Shown: positions 37,794 to 51,077 of the stretch, in pieces
Position numbering within the stretch: position 1 is the stretch's first letter
Layout of the letters: each line of letters begins with the position of its first letter
From: Pecten maximus
Taxonomy: Eukaryota
DNA: 64,000 nt
NCBI RefSeq assembly: GCF_902652985.1
Contig: NC_047019.1
Location: 22,816,001-22,880,000, forward strand
Direction of reading: 5' to 3'
The notes under the pieces: generated by a model
Databases searched by the model: none
Told to the model about the DNA's origin: nothing
Seen by the model: the letters and a program-made list of their open reading frames with translations, nothing else
Position numbers and translations under genes: made by a program

Positions 37794-38236
37794 GATTGTT
37801 ATAGAATGGAGATATCTTTCATGAATGATAACTCACTACTGACGTAGAATGGATTTCTAGTGACGTGATACGGATTTTTAGTAACCCGATACGGGATCAT
37901 CCGGGACGCCACGTGATGTTTTTTAACCAATGGGGTGCTGAGATTTTTGCCAGCAGCGGGATAAATAAACTTCTGTAGTCTTCGAAGCTATATCCATTAT
38001 TGTCCTTGAGGCTCTCGTAGCCTATACTAAGTATAAAGTAAAAAAAAACTTGTGTGTTATTTACGAGAAATATGTTTATTTGACTATACTATGATTTAAG
38101 GATATATGCTACCAAACATTTACATTTAATTCTTCAAAAGAGTTTTCCATGGTAGGAAACTCCGTTTAATCATAAATTTTAAATAACAATGCATAATGTA
38201 GCAATAATAGTAAAGTTGCCAGTATCCTGATAGAAT

Positions 38237-41200
38237 TTAGCTGAATAGGAACCCGCTATGGTGATGGTCACTCCTCTTCATAGTCATGGTAGTGGTGAAA
38301 CAGCCAACGTTCTGGGTGTCCTTCAGAACGTTTACAGTGAATCTGAAATCTCCCTTGAATAAAAATAAATTAGCAGTGTGCATATACCATTGATTTTTTT
38401 ACATTTAAATATGGTTTGCTATATTATCCGCACTTAATTTTTTGAATTTAGTTATATACAACTGAAACTTCTTTTTGACATCCATCAGTCGTGCCTTAGA
38501 CGGTCTAGACAAAGTAAGGTATATCCTCCCTTACATCTGGATGGTAGGTTATATACCAAACATTTATTTATGTTTCTAGCATGTATACTTCATCCAATTT
38601 CTGGTTATTATTCATATCAAAACGGCATGTACTTGGTTTGGTTTAAGCCACTTCACAGTCAAAATAGTATATATATGAAATGTTTTTATCAAACAAGAAC
38701 ACTGCATGCAGTCTGTGAAGTTAGTGTGTTATTTCAAGCATGAAATGAGAACTGGTTTTCTATATAGAAACATTCTCCATATTTTCATTATCAGTTAAAG
38801 ATTGTCTTTTGCATTCTATATTATTTCTTATTGTTTTAAACTTAAAATGATAATATCGAAATGGGTATTAGGATTTATGGTGATAATATTTATGTATAGC
38901 ACGAATTACCCGTTATTTATACATACTACATATATAATTAAATTGACGCATGTGTTATAATTCCACCGGGGAATGCAAGGCAGCGCTGATACTTTCTACT
39001 TTCTATTTTTCTTTCTTTCTTTTTTCTTTTTTTTTTTTTTCTTGATTTTCTCCTTAATTTCATTACTTCCAGTCACTGGTGCTCCTCCCCTCATAGAGAA
39101 CATATTGCTTCTTTTATTGTCTTTTATGAACTATTTGTATAAACATGTAGTTATATCAATAAATGTATCAATAAATAAATGAATACACACACACACATCC
39201 GAGTTCTGATACATAATAAGAATCAAAGACGAACGTGTTTATATCATACAGGAATGAAAAGCATATACAAATGTATTTAGGTTTTTGATTTTATAATACA
39301 TATTATTTCACATTACAATTATAACTTGTTTGTGTGTATCAGTATCAGTTCATATCTAGTTTAGTGTTACGGTAACAGACGCTAAATAACACATCTTTAG
39401 TAATCACACAATATCAGTCGTAAATGACATTTCTTTAGTAATCAAACAATATCAGTCGTAAATGACATTTCTTTTGCGAGTATATGATCGGCGAATTAAA
39501 AAGAAAAAATGACAATTAGTTTTCAACAGGGAAAAGCAATTGCAATGTTTAAGGATCTACTCTCTGTAGGTTTCACTAACGTTGGAGTATCGTTTCGACG
39601 TTGCATTTTTGTAATGAATAACAAAAAATGGCAGTTTCATAGTAAGATTGTATCTGAAAAATGTGTAATAATTTCAGACTTCTTCTGTGAGTAGATTTGT
39701 TTTTAGAAGAATTTCAAAAATGGTCCATTTGGCGGTAATTTTGAAAATGGCTGTTTCTTGCATTGTATGCAAGGCTCAAATTTCACGTTTTTGGACTTAC
39801 TGTTTTCACTTAAACCATCATAGCGTTGACAATTTTGAATATGTCTAATTCAATTTTGCTGTACAACTTTGTAATGTTCAATACAATGAAAATAATAAAC
39901 AACAAAGTGGGAAATTACACATGTTTTACATTTTATTTTCACATTTTAATGTAAATGGAGCACTTGAATACTTTCTTTTTTTATCCAGAGCTAATATTTG
40001 TTATTATATTAGTTCAGGATAAAAAAAGTAAGTACACTGACCCCTCATTTTTGTATCAGTTTTAGATAATAATACAATTTCCCATGTGATCTGCAAAATA
40101 TCTCAAAAAGTATGTCGCCAAACTTTTGATGTTGAGCGTTTAATCTAGCAAAATATGGGTATTTTATATTAATGTATGGGTAGGAGTTGCATACATTGCA
40201 ATTTTGATTAAAAATAATTGGCTAGATAAATTTAACTTTAAATCTAAAAAGAATATGCTAGTTTTGTCGATTCAAGGAATATTCATATATATCTGATAAC
40301 ACACGTTTAAGATATTCCTCCGATTTGTTGTGTGTATGGTCAAAACAGCATAATTTACGAGCACACCGACGTATGATTTTCTTTTCTTTTTTCGTATCTC
40401 TGTATTCTCCCTTTAAAGTTAATCATCAGAAAAGTTTGACAGAGCAGATCCTTAGAAAATATAACTATATATATTATGTAAGATTTATTCGGACCTGCAC
40501 CGGCCAATTAATCGAGCAACGTCGGTCCATTCCGGAAGACTTTCTAGCATCTTCAAAGTATTCTAACTGACTGTAAGTACAATCCTATTTGCTATATATA
40601 TAGCATATAGCTATATACATGTGAATAGTCGATCAAGCAAGAAACAAAATAAAAAGTATAGATGATATAGATGTACAGCATACTTACATCAACCAGCCAC
40701 TGAAAGGAATCTCGGATAGAGGAAATGTTGAAGATGGAGTACGGCATGCTCAACTGACTTGGGTTGAACGGGCACGTACACGGGATGCCATTATTAACGA
40801 ATGCATCTGGACACTTTCCACCTTTGGCGGCAAATACTTGTACAAATTCACAAGGGTTATCGTAGATACTGAAATATTGATAAGAATTTTGTCAGAAATA
40901 CATAAGGTGCATTGCCAGGCTGGTCATACCGAATTTGATAATTTTTCCATAGACCATTTCAAGACATGTATCTGTCATTATAATAATTACTCTTCTCACT
41001 TATTTCCAGGCAATAATTCGTTCCAGTGGTTTTTCAATTTTACTCTTTTTCATAATGAATAATGTATATGCAATTTTACCAAGATCCGACACTACTGACG
41101 CAGGGAACTTTGGTCCATCGACCCAGTAACTTTTTCTCAATGGTAACGTTGAGTCTGGAATCATTTCCTAAGGATTTCCTAACATCCCCTGTGATGGTCA

Positions 41201-41668
41201 CGTTCAATATTCCCGGAACAGTTATTGGCTTAGGAAGAATGTCAAAGTTTGTGACATGTATGTAATCTGTGTTGTTATCACCTAGAATCAGACAACCAGA
41301 TTATTTGGATTCTTACCATCAATACAAATTGATCGATTCCGAAATAGATTGAAAACTAAGTGAATGCAATCAGCTTATACATATATGTTTATCGGTTATA
41401 TCCAAATTCGATAACAGCCTTTATATACAACACATACTTTATGTTATATTACAATATTTAAAACTTAAATCTATAAAATGTGAGCTTTGAATAGCGTTCG
41501 GGATTTAAGGCATTCGGTTACCAGGTTATAACGTTAAACACGTAACAAAGTTTTTTCTTATAATTCACATTACGTACCACAATTCTGGAAGCTAAAAGTG
41601 TGGTGGGTGAGAAAACATGATCCACAGGAAACAAGACTTAGGAACACTAACAACTGCCTTCCATACAT
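38237..41668 (-). CDS. GM2 ganglioside activator-like ML-domain protein 1 (196 aa, canonical cysteine pattern)
   Basis: Exons 41668-41578, 41281-41080, 40868-40688 and 38353-38237. Signal peptide, then FSFQNC, PKPITVPG, KKLLGRWTKVPCVSSVGSCIYDNPC, CP..GIPCTCPF, WLVDGDF and VGC. Confidence 0.92.
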
Positions 41669-44600
41669 GATGATCTGCTAGATAAGAATGTTAGATACCG
41701 GCCCCGATTATAGACTTGCTTTAGGATAGTCGATTTTATTTTAGGGATCAATCTAGATCAAACGAATCTTATCCTCATAAATATGAACAAGATATTAATA
41801 CAGCCTGGCAAATGGTATGTTTTTATGCATGCATATGTTAACGGAATCTACAGCACAGACTGGCAGTTTCTAATCTACTGGTTTCTGAGTGGAATAGTCC
41901 GTTGTGACCTAGCATGTGGACAAGGACAATTTTACCGTATCTAGACAAGGTTAGGCGAAGGCGAAGTAATTTAGGCCATACAAAATTGTATATTAACCGT
42001 TACATCTCGTGAAGAACAAAATCCAATGACACTCACTTTTAAATTTCCAATGTTAAACCATGGTGTTTTTCACGCATTACCTTTCTATGCTTACATTTGT
42101 AGAGACCAATTTTTTTCCTTGCTTCCATTGTTAACTAAATTTAGAGCTTGTCTAGGTTTCCAGACTATCTAATGCTTCCTAGCTTCCTAATTCGTTCATT
42201 TTTTATTGAGTAACAAAATACATTCTTATAGCTTTTTCTTTGCTATTGGTTTACAAAATCCTTCAAAGTCAAAAAACAGTGCAGAAATTATTCTTGGAAA
42301 GCAAAGGCTAGAAATGTTAATAATACTGTTCGTTGAATAATGATCTGCGAACAAAATTGTCATTAAATATCATGACATAATTCAAATCTCCCGCATCAAA
42401 CACTTTCTTCTGCTTTGAAATATGTTCTCAGCCCATAGCTTTAAAATGCAGTTGCCGTGGATAACGTCGATTTTGATTGGCTGATAAAGCGTCGTGATGA
42501 CTTCGAACAGAAAAGAGTCCGTCAATGGAAGTGGATTGTCACAGACATATTGAACAGTAAATCAAATCATAAGGATAAACTTGAATTTATTTTTCATGTT
42601 ATGGTGTTATAACGCCAAAAAATAAAACAAAGTGAGTGTACTCTCATCATAAACCGGTTTATTTAGACTTCTATCCCTGAGTTTTGTTATCTCCATAATA
42701 AAAGCATATTCAAGTTAATCCTTAAAAGTCTAAACATGCATTCTGCATGCATGAATGAAAGCATTTTATAAGGAAGACATGTCAATAGTTTCTAAACTAC
42801 TGGTTCTTAAATGAAATCCGTGGTAATCTAACATATGGCAAGTGTATCATGTATCCTGTAAGTTTGCTTGAAGACAACGTACGTTTTGAAGGCCAGATCT
42901 TATCAAGGCGACTGACATGTACGAGCACTTTTTGGTCTTAGTAATTAAATTTTCTAATTCAAATATTCATTATGAAATAAATCTGAGGGAGATTTGAATA
43001 TCTTTATCCGGACAACCGTCAATTGATATTGTGAATCGACAAAGCTAATCAGTTAATTTTAGAAAAAAGTTAGTTAAGAGATCAAAACGAAACTAATGAC
43101 CCTAAACAGACCTTATAATACATTGTATCTATATGGTAAGAAGATATATTCTTTTAGCTAGTGAAACTAGAAATCGTTAAAAATATAGTTTAATGAAGGA
43201 AGACATTTGTGAACATAAAGATAAGTGTTCTTGGAGGACAAAAGTCCTTTAGTTTCTTTTGTGCTGTTCGTTAATGACATCCGTCATTATTCAGGTCAAA
43301 TCAAATTATTATCACGATTTTTAGAACCAGATTAGTGTCAGCGAAACCACCAGCCATACACGTAAGCATTGAAAATGTTATCTCTGATAATGACCGTGGT
43401 AGTTATCCGCTCATCGTCTTGTATCGTTCGACACTCTGACATAAGAGTTGTAAGTTATAAGTCGATATTAAAATGTCCTAAAATTAAAACCACAAGAAGC
43501 ACTAGAACTAGCATTTTATGTTTAAACTATGTTTCTGCACCTTTCACTGACGATGTTTATTTATAGAATGTTATCATAGAAAATGCATCAGATATCATGA
43601 TCGACTATTTCGTACCACCAAGTTGTCTTGAACGATCAAAAATACGCAAGTCTTTATTGTATATTATACCGAATTGAACTGTTATTGAGCCCATATGTTC
43701 TAGTTACGATGATATCTGTCGCCAATAGAAAAACACATTCCTTTTTTCTAAAGCATCGTATTTCACAGAATCTGCAGTAATACACTTATATGTAATTATG
43801 AGGAATACGACAGAACAACCGCATGCCTATCCCAATTGGGGAATGCTGGGATATCCTCTAGATATCCTTCAACCAGGGGTCGTTCTTAAGACAATCCAAA
43901 AAGATATACCCACCTAATCAATGAAATAATTAGAGTTTATTTAACAAAAGGACAAGCGGTACCTTTGACCATTTACCTTGACAGATGACCACATATTTCT
44001 AACCAGGTAAAGCGATGGTGTAATTTGATGGTGTCATTACGAATTAAGTTTGTTTCGGGGTCCATGAGATATAATCGTGTACAGAAGGTGCTTATGTAAA
44101 ACGTGGTCAAGTACGACCTTTGACCTTTAACATTGACCTAGGGCTTCATATAATACCGTGTACAAAAGGTTATCATGGACGGAAGCACAGGCAAAGTGAT
44201 CACTATGTTATGTACCTTTTAGCCTTTCTGCAATTTTTAAATTTTTTATTTGGTATATCGAAAATAATAACGGTTTGAATTCATTATCATTTTGATTTGA
44301 ATAGTTCTACACATGTAGATTTGGACATGCGATCAAAATAGTATAGCTTTCGATAGACAAAATGTCCACTTTATAATTCATTGGACCAGGTATTTGTCAT
44401 CGGCATGAAGAAAAATCTTGATTAATGTAGAAAGATATTTCCCATATCCACCTACTTTTGAATTCGTTAGACAGGGGATAAAATATAGATATCTAAAGGT
44501 CTCTCAAGGCAGAACGACATTTTTTCTCGTTTAAAGGTCGATACCAGGGATAAGCACTTTGAATTGATTGCATTGGTAAATATCAATATCAAACACTAAA

Positions 44601-45080
44601 TTGCTAGCTAGTAATTCGGTTGCCACCTTCTTTCAAAACAATAACCTTATGTTGTTGTTCTGCTTGAAACATACAAGAAAATGTCTTAAAATGAAAATAT
44701 TTTGGTTGAAATCAGAAAAATCAATGCTGAACTATATCAGTGCAAATATGGCATGCCATGCACATCTTAAAATGTTAAGTTAAACAAAGTATGAGCGAAT
44801 TGTAGAAATCATTTATATGTAAGCACACGATAGCTGTTACAACAGGAACTCTTTGTACATCACAGTAAACTCATCAATGAGAAAAATGAAGGAATATATA
44901 ATGCTCCATCTGTTTCAATACTATAACATTTTTTCATTATAATCTTTTCGAAATATATCGGGAAATGTCAAGGAAATAATATTGATGTTTTTGTCAGTTT
45001 AAAAACAAGTCTTTGAAGGAAAATGTAAAAAAAAAAACATCTATTGATGGCGATATTATATACATGTACATATATATATG

Positions 45081-45700
45081 CATTTCTAAACTGTTAAAGA
45101 AATTTCAAAATTCCTGACAGTTATGTTCCTTTTAAGGACACTCTCTAATGATTATTAATACTATATAGGCTTTAAAATATCATCCTGTGGTCAGTTTGGA
45201 CAAGCGAAATTGTTGGAAATACCCCCGGTCACTATATAATTCGGCTGTCTAAATAGCGCAATGCGGAATCCGGAACTGATTATTCACTGTATCAAATATT
45301 TTATGCAAGGAGTCGGTAAATACACAAGCGTTTACGCTGTTCACTTGTGATAGCTTCTTAAGGGCTAAGGGCTGTTTCAAAGGAAACTACTTATGACGCG
45401 GTCGATCTAGATTCCGTGGAAGTCTGTAATTCGCTCTAGCTAGATGTGTAAAGAATTTCCATGAAATAAATATCATTGGATCATAAGGTTTTGTACAATT
45501 TTGATATAAAAAATAAAATCAAATAATACCTAGCTTGTGTCTAATATCACTATAAACAAAGCGAAATATGGATGGGTTGTAGCACATAAAACTGTAAATA
45601 GTTAACAGAAGAAGCGGAACACACCAGGATTTGTATATGTAATCTCAGTGTCTGATCACTGAAGGAAATGAAGGAGTGACTTTAATACACTCCTTTGTTA
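45081..45700 (+). repeat. Diverged ~600-bp direct duplicate of ~47156-47770
   Basis: Shared colinear blocks: tttctaaactgtt..ctgacagtt..ccttttaaggacac, ggtcagttt..caagcgaaatt, ggaatccgg and agcggaacacaccaggattt. Boundaries are approximate. Confidence 0.75.
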
Positions 45701-45831
45701 CTGGAATATATTCCAGATATGGAAATCGCTTAAACGATATTCACAATCCATGTCTCGTTTTTCTTAGAAATGAAGGCATTGACGTCTATCCTTCACGAGT
45801 ATGCCAGTTAAGTGTTTAATTTGTTTTGAAG

Positions 45832-45893
45832 TGCCGTACTGGGTTCGAGCACGTTTAAGAGACACAAATATAGGCGAGTTCAAGGGCTGCCAC
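45832..45893 (+). pseudogene. Orphan copy of the last exon of GM2A-like gene 2
   Basis: tactgggttcgagcacgtttaagagacacaaatataggcgagttcaagggctgccac (YWVRARLRDTNIGEFKGCH) matches 50835-50891 (YWVTARLRDPNTGELKGCH). No upstream exons were found. Confidence 0.8.
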
Positions 45894-48074
45894 TCTCGCG
45901 CTTTGTCATAAAGTACACTTATTTTGAATACTTCATAAAACACTCTGGACATTTGTGTAAAATCACAAAAATCAAAAATGTTTTAATCGACAAATTCGGT
46001 CCCCTATGAAACTTTCTTCCTTAGTATTAATCAAACATGTTTTAATCGACAAATTCGGTCCCCTGTGAAACTTTCCTCCTTAGAAAATGTTCTTCACTTT
46101 ACTAGATGATTTGAACAAATGAAGGTAAAATAAACTAAAATATAAGCAATATAATAATAATCCCACGAAGTTTTATTTTGAAAGTGGTCAAGCGCTACAT
46201 TTGAGTTTTAACCTTGAATGACGACCATTCAATTTTACGAGAATTATTCGTAATAAGATGTACGAGTTTATGGTGTGATGTTATGGTGTGAATATGAATT
46301 AATTCTGTCTTGGGGCTCATGAAATATCAAAGTGGTCAAACGCTTTTTTCAGGTTTAAGGTGGTCGATTGCGACCTTTGACCGTTAACCTTTACGTACGG
46401 GTCCATAAGATATCTTGTACACAAGGTTATCATCTGGAATCGATGGTGATGTCACAATCTGGACAAATACGTTACGTAAATAATTGAAAATGATTCAATT
46501 AAATGGATGCTTCCTTTTAGTTTTGAACTCCACAGTTTTCTTTAAAACTTTTCAGAATGTTAGTTTGCTTACATATATACATATGTAATAAGAAGTATCT
46601 TTTTTTTCACATCAGACTTTTTAAAACTTGCCCGGGAATTTTAATTCTGCTGACCAAGATTCAAAAATAAATGAATAAATAATACAAATACTTGTTCCAT
46701 AAAACTCCAATGAAGTAAAAACATACCTGTGATAGTTCTTATCACATAACTGAAAAACTGACAAAACATTGACAAATGGACGAGTGTGCTGTTTATAAAC
46801 AAGGTTTGGTAAAGACAAATTTTGGAGACCCGGTCTTATTATGATAACAGATCTGTAAACTTACCTTGAGGTCATAAGATCATACTATCAAATTCATACA
46901 TTCACTATGAAATAAATCCGATACGGTTTCGAAGTCTTCTATCAAGACAACCGTCAATTTGCATTCAAAATCAGTCAATTAGTCAGTTAGTTAAATATGA
47001 AAATAGATAATATTCGGATTTCTTTCGAGAGACGTTAGCAGAATAAGACCAAACATTCCAGAAATTCCCGTGCTTCATTGGCGACAATCAAACTAACGTG
47101 GACATGAGGACATTATCAGACAAATTGATATCTTTATCACAAAAACATTGTCGTATATTTCTAAACTGTTTATAAAGTTTCAAAATTTCTGACAGTTCTG
47201 TGCCTTTTAAGGACACGTTCTGATGACTATTAAAACCATGTCAGCTTCGAAGTATCCTTGTTACGATGGTCAGTTTATACAAGCGAAATTGGTGGGATCA
47301 GTTATCCCTGGTCACTAGATAATTAGACCGACTAAATATAGCGCATTGGGGAATCCGGGACGCGTCACTGTAGCATAGATTGTATGCAAGTATTTGGTAA
47401 ATATACAAGATTATACGTTGTTAACTTATACTTTCTACTTGGATCGCAATTGCATTGGTCCATAAGACTGATTTCTAGTCAATATTATAATGCGGCCAAG
47501 GTCACGTCGTAGTTTGTAATTCTGTTTAGCTAGAATTTCTACAAATTGAATATATGGTGGGTCAGTGTGTACAATTTTCATAAGGTCATAAGTTTTGATA
47601 CAAATTTATAGAAAAAAACATCAAATGAAATCCTAACTTATAAATATGTGTGAGTCGTTGAACCTAAAATATGACAATAGTTAAAACAAGATAGCGGAAC
47701 ACACCAGGATTTCTTAGTTTATTCTCAGTATTAAGATATTCCCTGGAAATTGACGTAATTTCCTACACCTCTTATATCTAATATAGGAATGTGGAAATGG
47801 GAGCTATATATACTGGACGTTTGGTATATGATGTATCAGACGTTGCCTTATGCTGTTACATGTAAGTACTTTGATATTTTGCTATGGAAAATGTTATTTG
47901 TTCATTTTAGCGGGCCCGGTAGGGGACATGTATTGATTCAGCAATAACCAATATGCTTGTTTCTCTTAATATCTGTCTAAAATTATAACCTACATTGTAT
48001 TTCAATTCAAATGTAGAAATTTAATTAATGTTTTAGTCCAACGAACGAAAAGAAAATATACCAGGAATACAAAG

Positions 48075-50921
48075 ATGTGTCCTTCAACTGTTACTGTTAC
48101 AACAACCCTTGTTGTGATGTCTTTTTTGGTTCTGTGTCCCGCGAACGCATTCTCCTTCAGCGACTGTATGCGTGAGTATTGGATATTATTGTAACATAGC
48201 TTTTTCTTAAATCGTTTCAAAGGGAAATTCTCTAAACGCACATATATACAATGCATATGCATTTAACGACCAACATCTCGCAACAACTTCCTAATTTTCA
48301 AACCTAATATAATATCTTTTTATTGAAATTTGCAGTGTTTATACTTTCTATGATGTGCGTTTTGACTTACATGTTTAAGTTTTTCATCGAAAACAGGTAA
48401 TGGCCAATACAACTCTGACAATGTCATTCATGTACACGAAGCTCAAATACATCCGTCCACTGTTGTCGCCCCGGGTACCTTGTGGGTGAACATAGACTTT
48501 GAGATTCTCCGCAATGTCCCCAGAGATCTCGAGCTGTCCGTGACTGTCCAGAAGAAAGTGTGGTTGTTCTGGATTGTAGGACACCGGAGGTAGGTGTATT
48601 TAAACTTTTGTATCAGTTATATTTGATACTTCATGCCTATACATGTACGCATATGTAAGAAACTCATTATGGTTATTAATGCATAAGTTGATCTTGATAA
48701 CAACTTATGAAAAAAACTATCTCATGATTTTTTGAAAATGTATTAAAGATCCATCACAATCGGTTTACAATGAGGTCTGTAGAGCGATGGTAACAAAATT
48801 TGATTTATAGTAACAATGGCATCATTATACCTTAAAGTGATTGACATACTCAACAAGAGTGGGTGGTCGTGAACATTTTTAAGTTCAGATTTAAGATGAA
48901 GTCGGTATACCAAGGAAGTCGTTTGGTGGAGTTTATACGCCTTAAAACACTTCATTCATTCAAATGATATACTGTAATATTTGGAATGTTTAAACACAAT
49001 ATCAACTTCAATGCTGTTATGTCATGCGTCCCCCTCGTGCCCACTCGGGGCGACAGGGGATACCTATACTTTACAATGCCTATTTTGGTTGTCTATGATT
49101 GTAACCATAATCATCCTTTAGTTAAATAGACTGCTAAGGTGACACATGATAAATATTTGAAATCATCACCAGAGGTCCTATATCCAGGTTAAATTCAAAA
49201 TTATTGATGTTTTGTTTTTGTTTTGTTTTTATCTTGTCTTTCTAATGGAAATCTGCTTGAATGTAAACCAAATATGCTTAAATTTCCACAGTCGGAAGAG
49301 TCTTTCGAAAATGCCTGATATCATCAACATTCTTTGAATTAACTAATTATGATATGAAGTTGTGACATTCGTTAAGGCAAATATCAAAATATATTCCATA
49401 AACATGTATTATACATTTTGATATTTCAAATCCTTGCGAATAGGTCGTTTACACAAAGACAAAGCAATTACCATTATGAAAAAATGGAAACGTTGACAAA
49501 TGTGATAAAACCATTTTAACGGAGATTTGTGTAGCTTGACAAAATCTATTACATTTCGAATTGTAATTATTCTACAGTACTCACAGTTTGTGTGATGTTT
49601 TGAACACGGCATTCTTGGAAGCAGACGGAACAACTGCATGCCCATCCCAATTGGCGAATGCCGGGATACCATGTAGATGTCCTTTCCGCCGGGGTCGATA
49701 TAACCTCCCATGGACCACTTTCGACGTCACAAAGCCAGATGATATTCCATATGTAAGTGTTAAGTATTCACCGGCATTCGATTAAAACAAAACTAATAAC
49801 TGCAATTGACCAACATTTAACATGTTTATTCAATCCACATCGCTTCTTAAATAAATAGGAGGGAACACAAAGTAAGCCTATGGATCCTTTTTATGGTTTC
49901 GTCTGTATAACAAGAATTAATTTTTCTTACCTCATTTGGGTAAGGTTCACAGTTGAATATCTGCAATTTTGGGATCAAAATTACTTTAGATATTGGTTTT
50001 GATGGAAAATACTCACTTTTAAGGATATTTTACTTTCTGGATAATTAAGCGGTGTCTAAGAACAGACAATATATCTGCGGTTGCAAATTGAAATCAATGA
50101 TTCTGATGTAGCGTTGTGATCACGAGTACATTAAATTGTTTATATTTCAATGCTTATTTTCAAAAAATTTCGCAATGATTATTTAAACACTCATTTAACG
50201 ACGATATAAATATATACATATTAATACGATAACATGGCCAGACTGTTGGCGTTGATAACAATGGATAGAAGTTTATGACCACTTTATGTCCAAAATACTG
50301 AAATAGGGCTTTTGATCGACCCGTCGTGATTTATTACAATATTTTTACATATACCGCGAATTTCAGCAAGCTACAAATATCACGTGTGCAATACATTCAC
50401 GAAATAAGAGTAAATAGAGGACCGTACGTACGTGACTGTCATTTAGAATTTATTTAATGAGCTCAATAATTTGATATGCCAGAAGTCATCAGGCGAGTGA
50501 CATATGCCATTATCATGAGTGTGATATTATGTTTATCACATAATGTTTATGATGTAAAAGAAAACTTTGGAGAAAAAACACCGGCCTGCAGTCAGTACCT
50601 TGCAACTGCCACACGTAGCTTTCGAACCCAGAGGTAGAGGGCTATAGTGATAAAGTGTCGGGACACCTTAACCACTCGGCCACCGCGACCCCGTATTAAT
50701 TACGTCCTAATAAGGGTTATTTCATATGATATCTATCACATAAACTAATTACATGGTAAAGCAGGTCAGTAAGTTGATGAAATTGATTACATTTCATGTG
50801 TTTTAAAGCGTTGTGATTTTTTTTTCAGGGGAATTACTGGGTTACGGCACGTTTAAGAGACCCAAACACAGGCGAGTTGAAGGGCTGCCACGAAGTGGGA
50901 GTTCACCTCGCGCGGTATTGA
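48075..50921 (+). CDS. GM2 activator-like ML-domain protein 2 (185 aa)
   Basis: Exons 48075-48171, 48397-48589, 49578-49752 and 50829-50921, with the same intron phases (1,2,0) as copy 1. Motifs: FSFSDC, PSTVVAPG, KKVWLFW, LCDVL, CPSQL..GIPCRCPF, GNYW and KGC. Confidence 0.9.
50569..50692 (-). mobile_element. tRNA-derived SINE 5' head
   Basis: The minus strand reads ggggtcgcggTGGCCGAGTGGttaagg (A box) ... GGTTCGAAA (B-box-like) and continues into a SINE body rather than closing a cloverleaf. Confidence 0.75.
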
Positions 50922-51027
50922 GATGCTCTTACCGATTTGAGATGAAATTCGACATGTTACCACGTGACTGTACACTAACATGTTTTTTCATGTATTACAA
51001 TAAATGAATCGAATTCGATATTTTTCT

Positions 51028-51077
<50 letters not shown>

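Noticed and set aside
39549-40416. TTAA-flanked DNA transposon remnant
   Set aside because: The terminal inverted match is too weak to set boundaries by eye.
43960-44200. Clustered TGACCTTTGACC nuclear-receptor DR1 sites
   Set aside because: They recur with the same flanks at ~46370, consistent with a repeat-derived motif rather than a demonstrable enhancer.
50600-50692. tRNA gene
   Set aside because: A and B boxes are present, but no closing acceptor stem is seen and the sequence continues into a SINE body.
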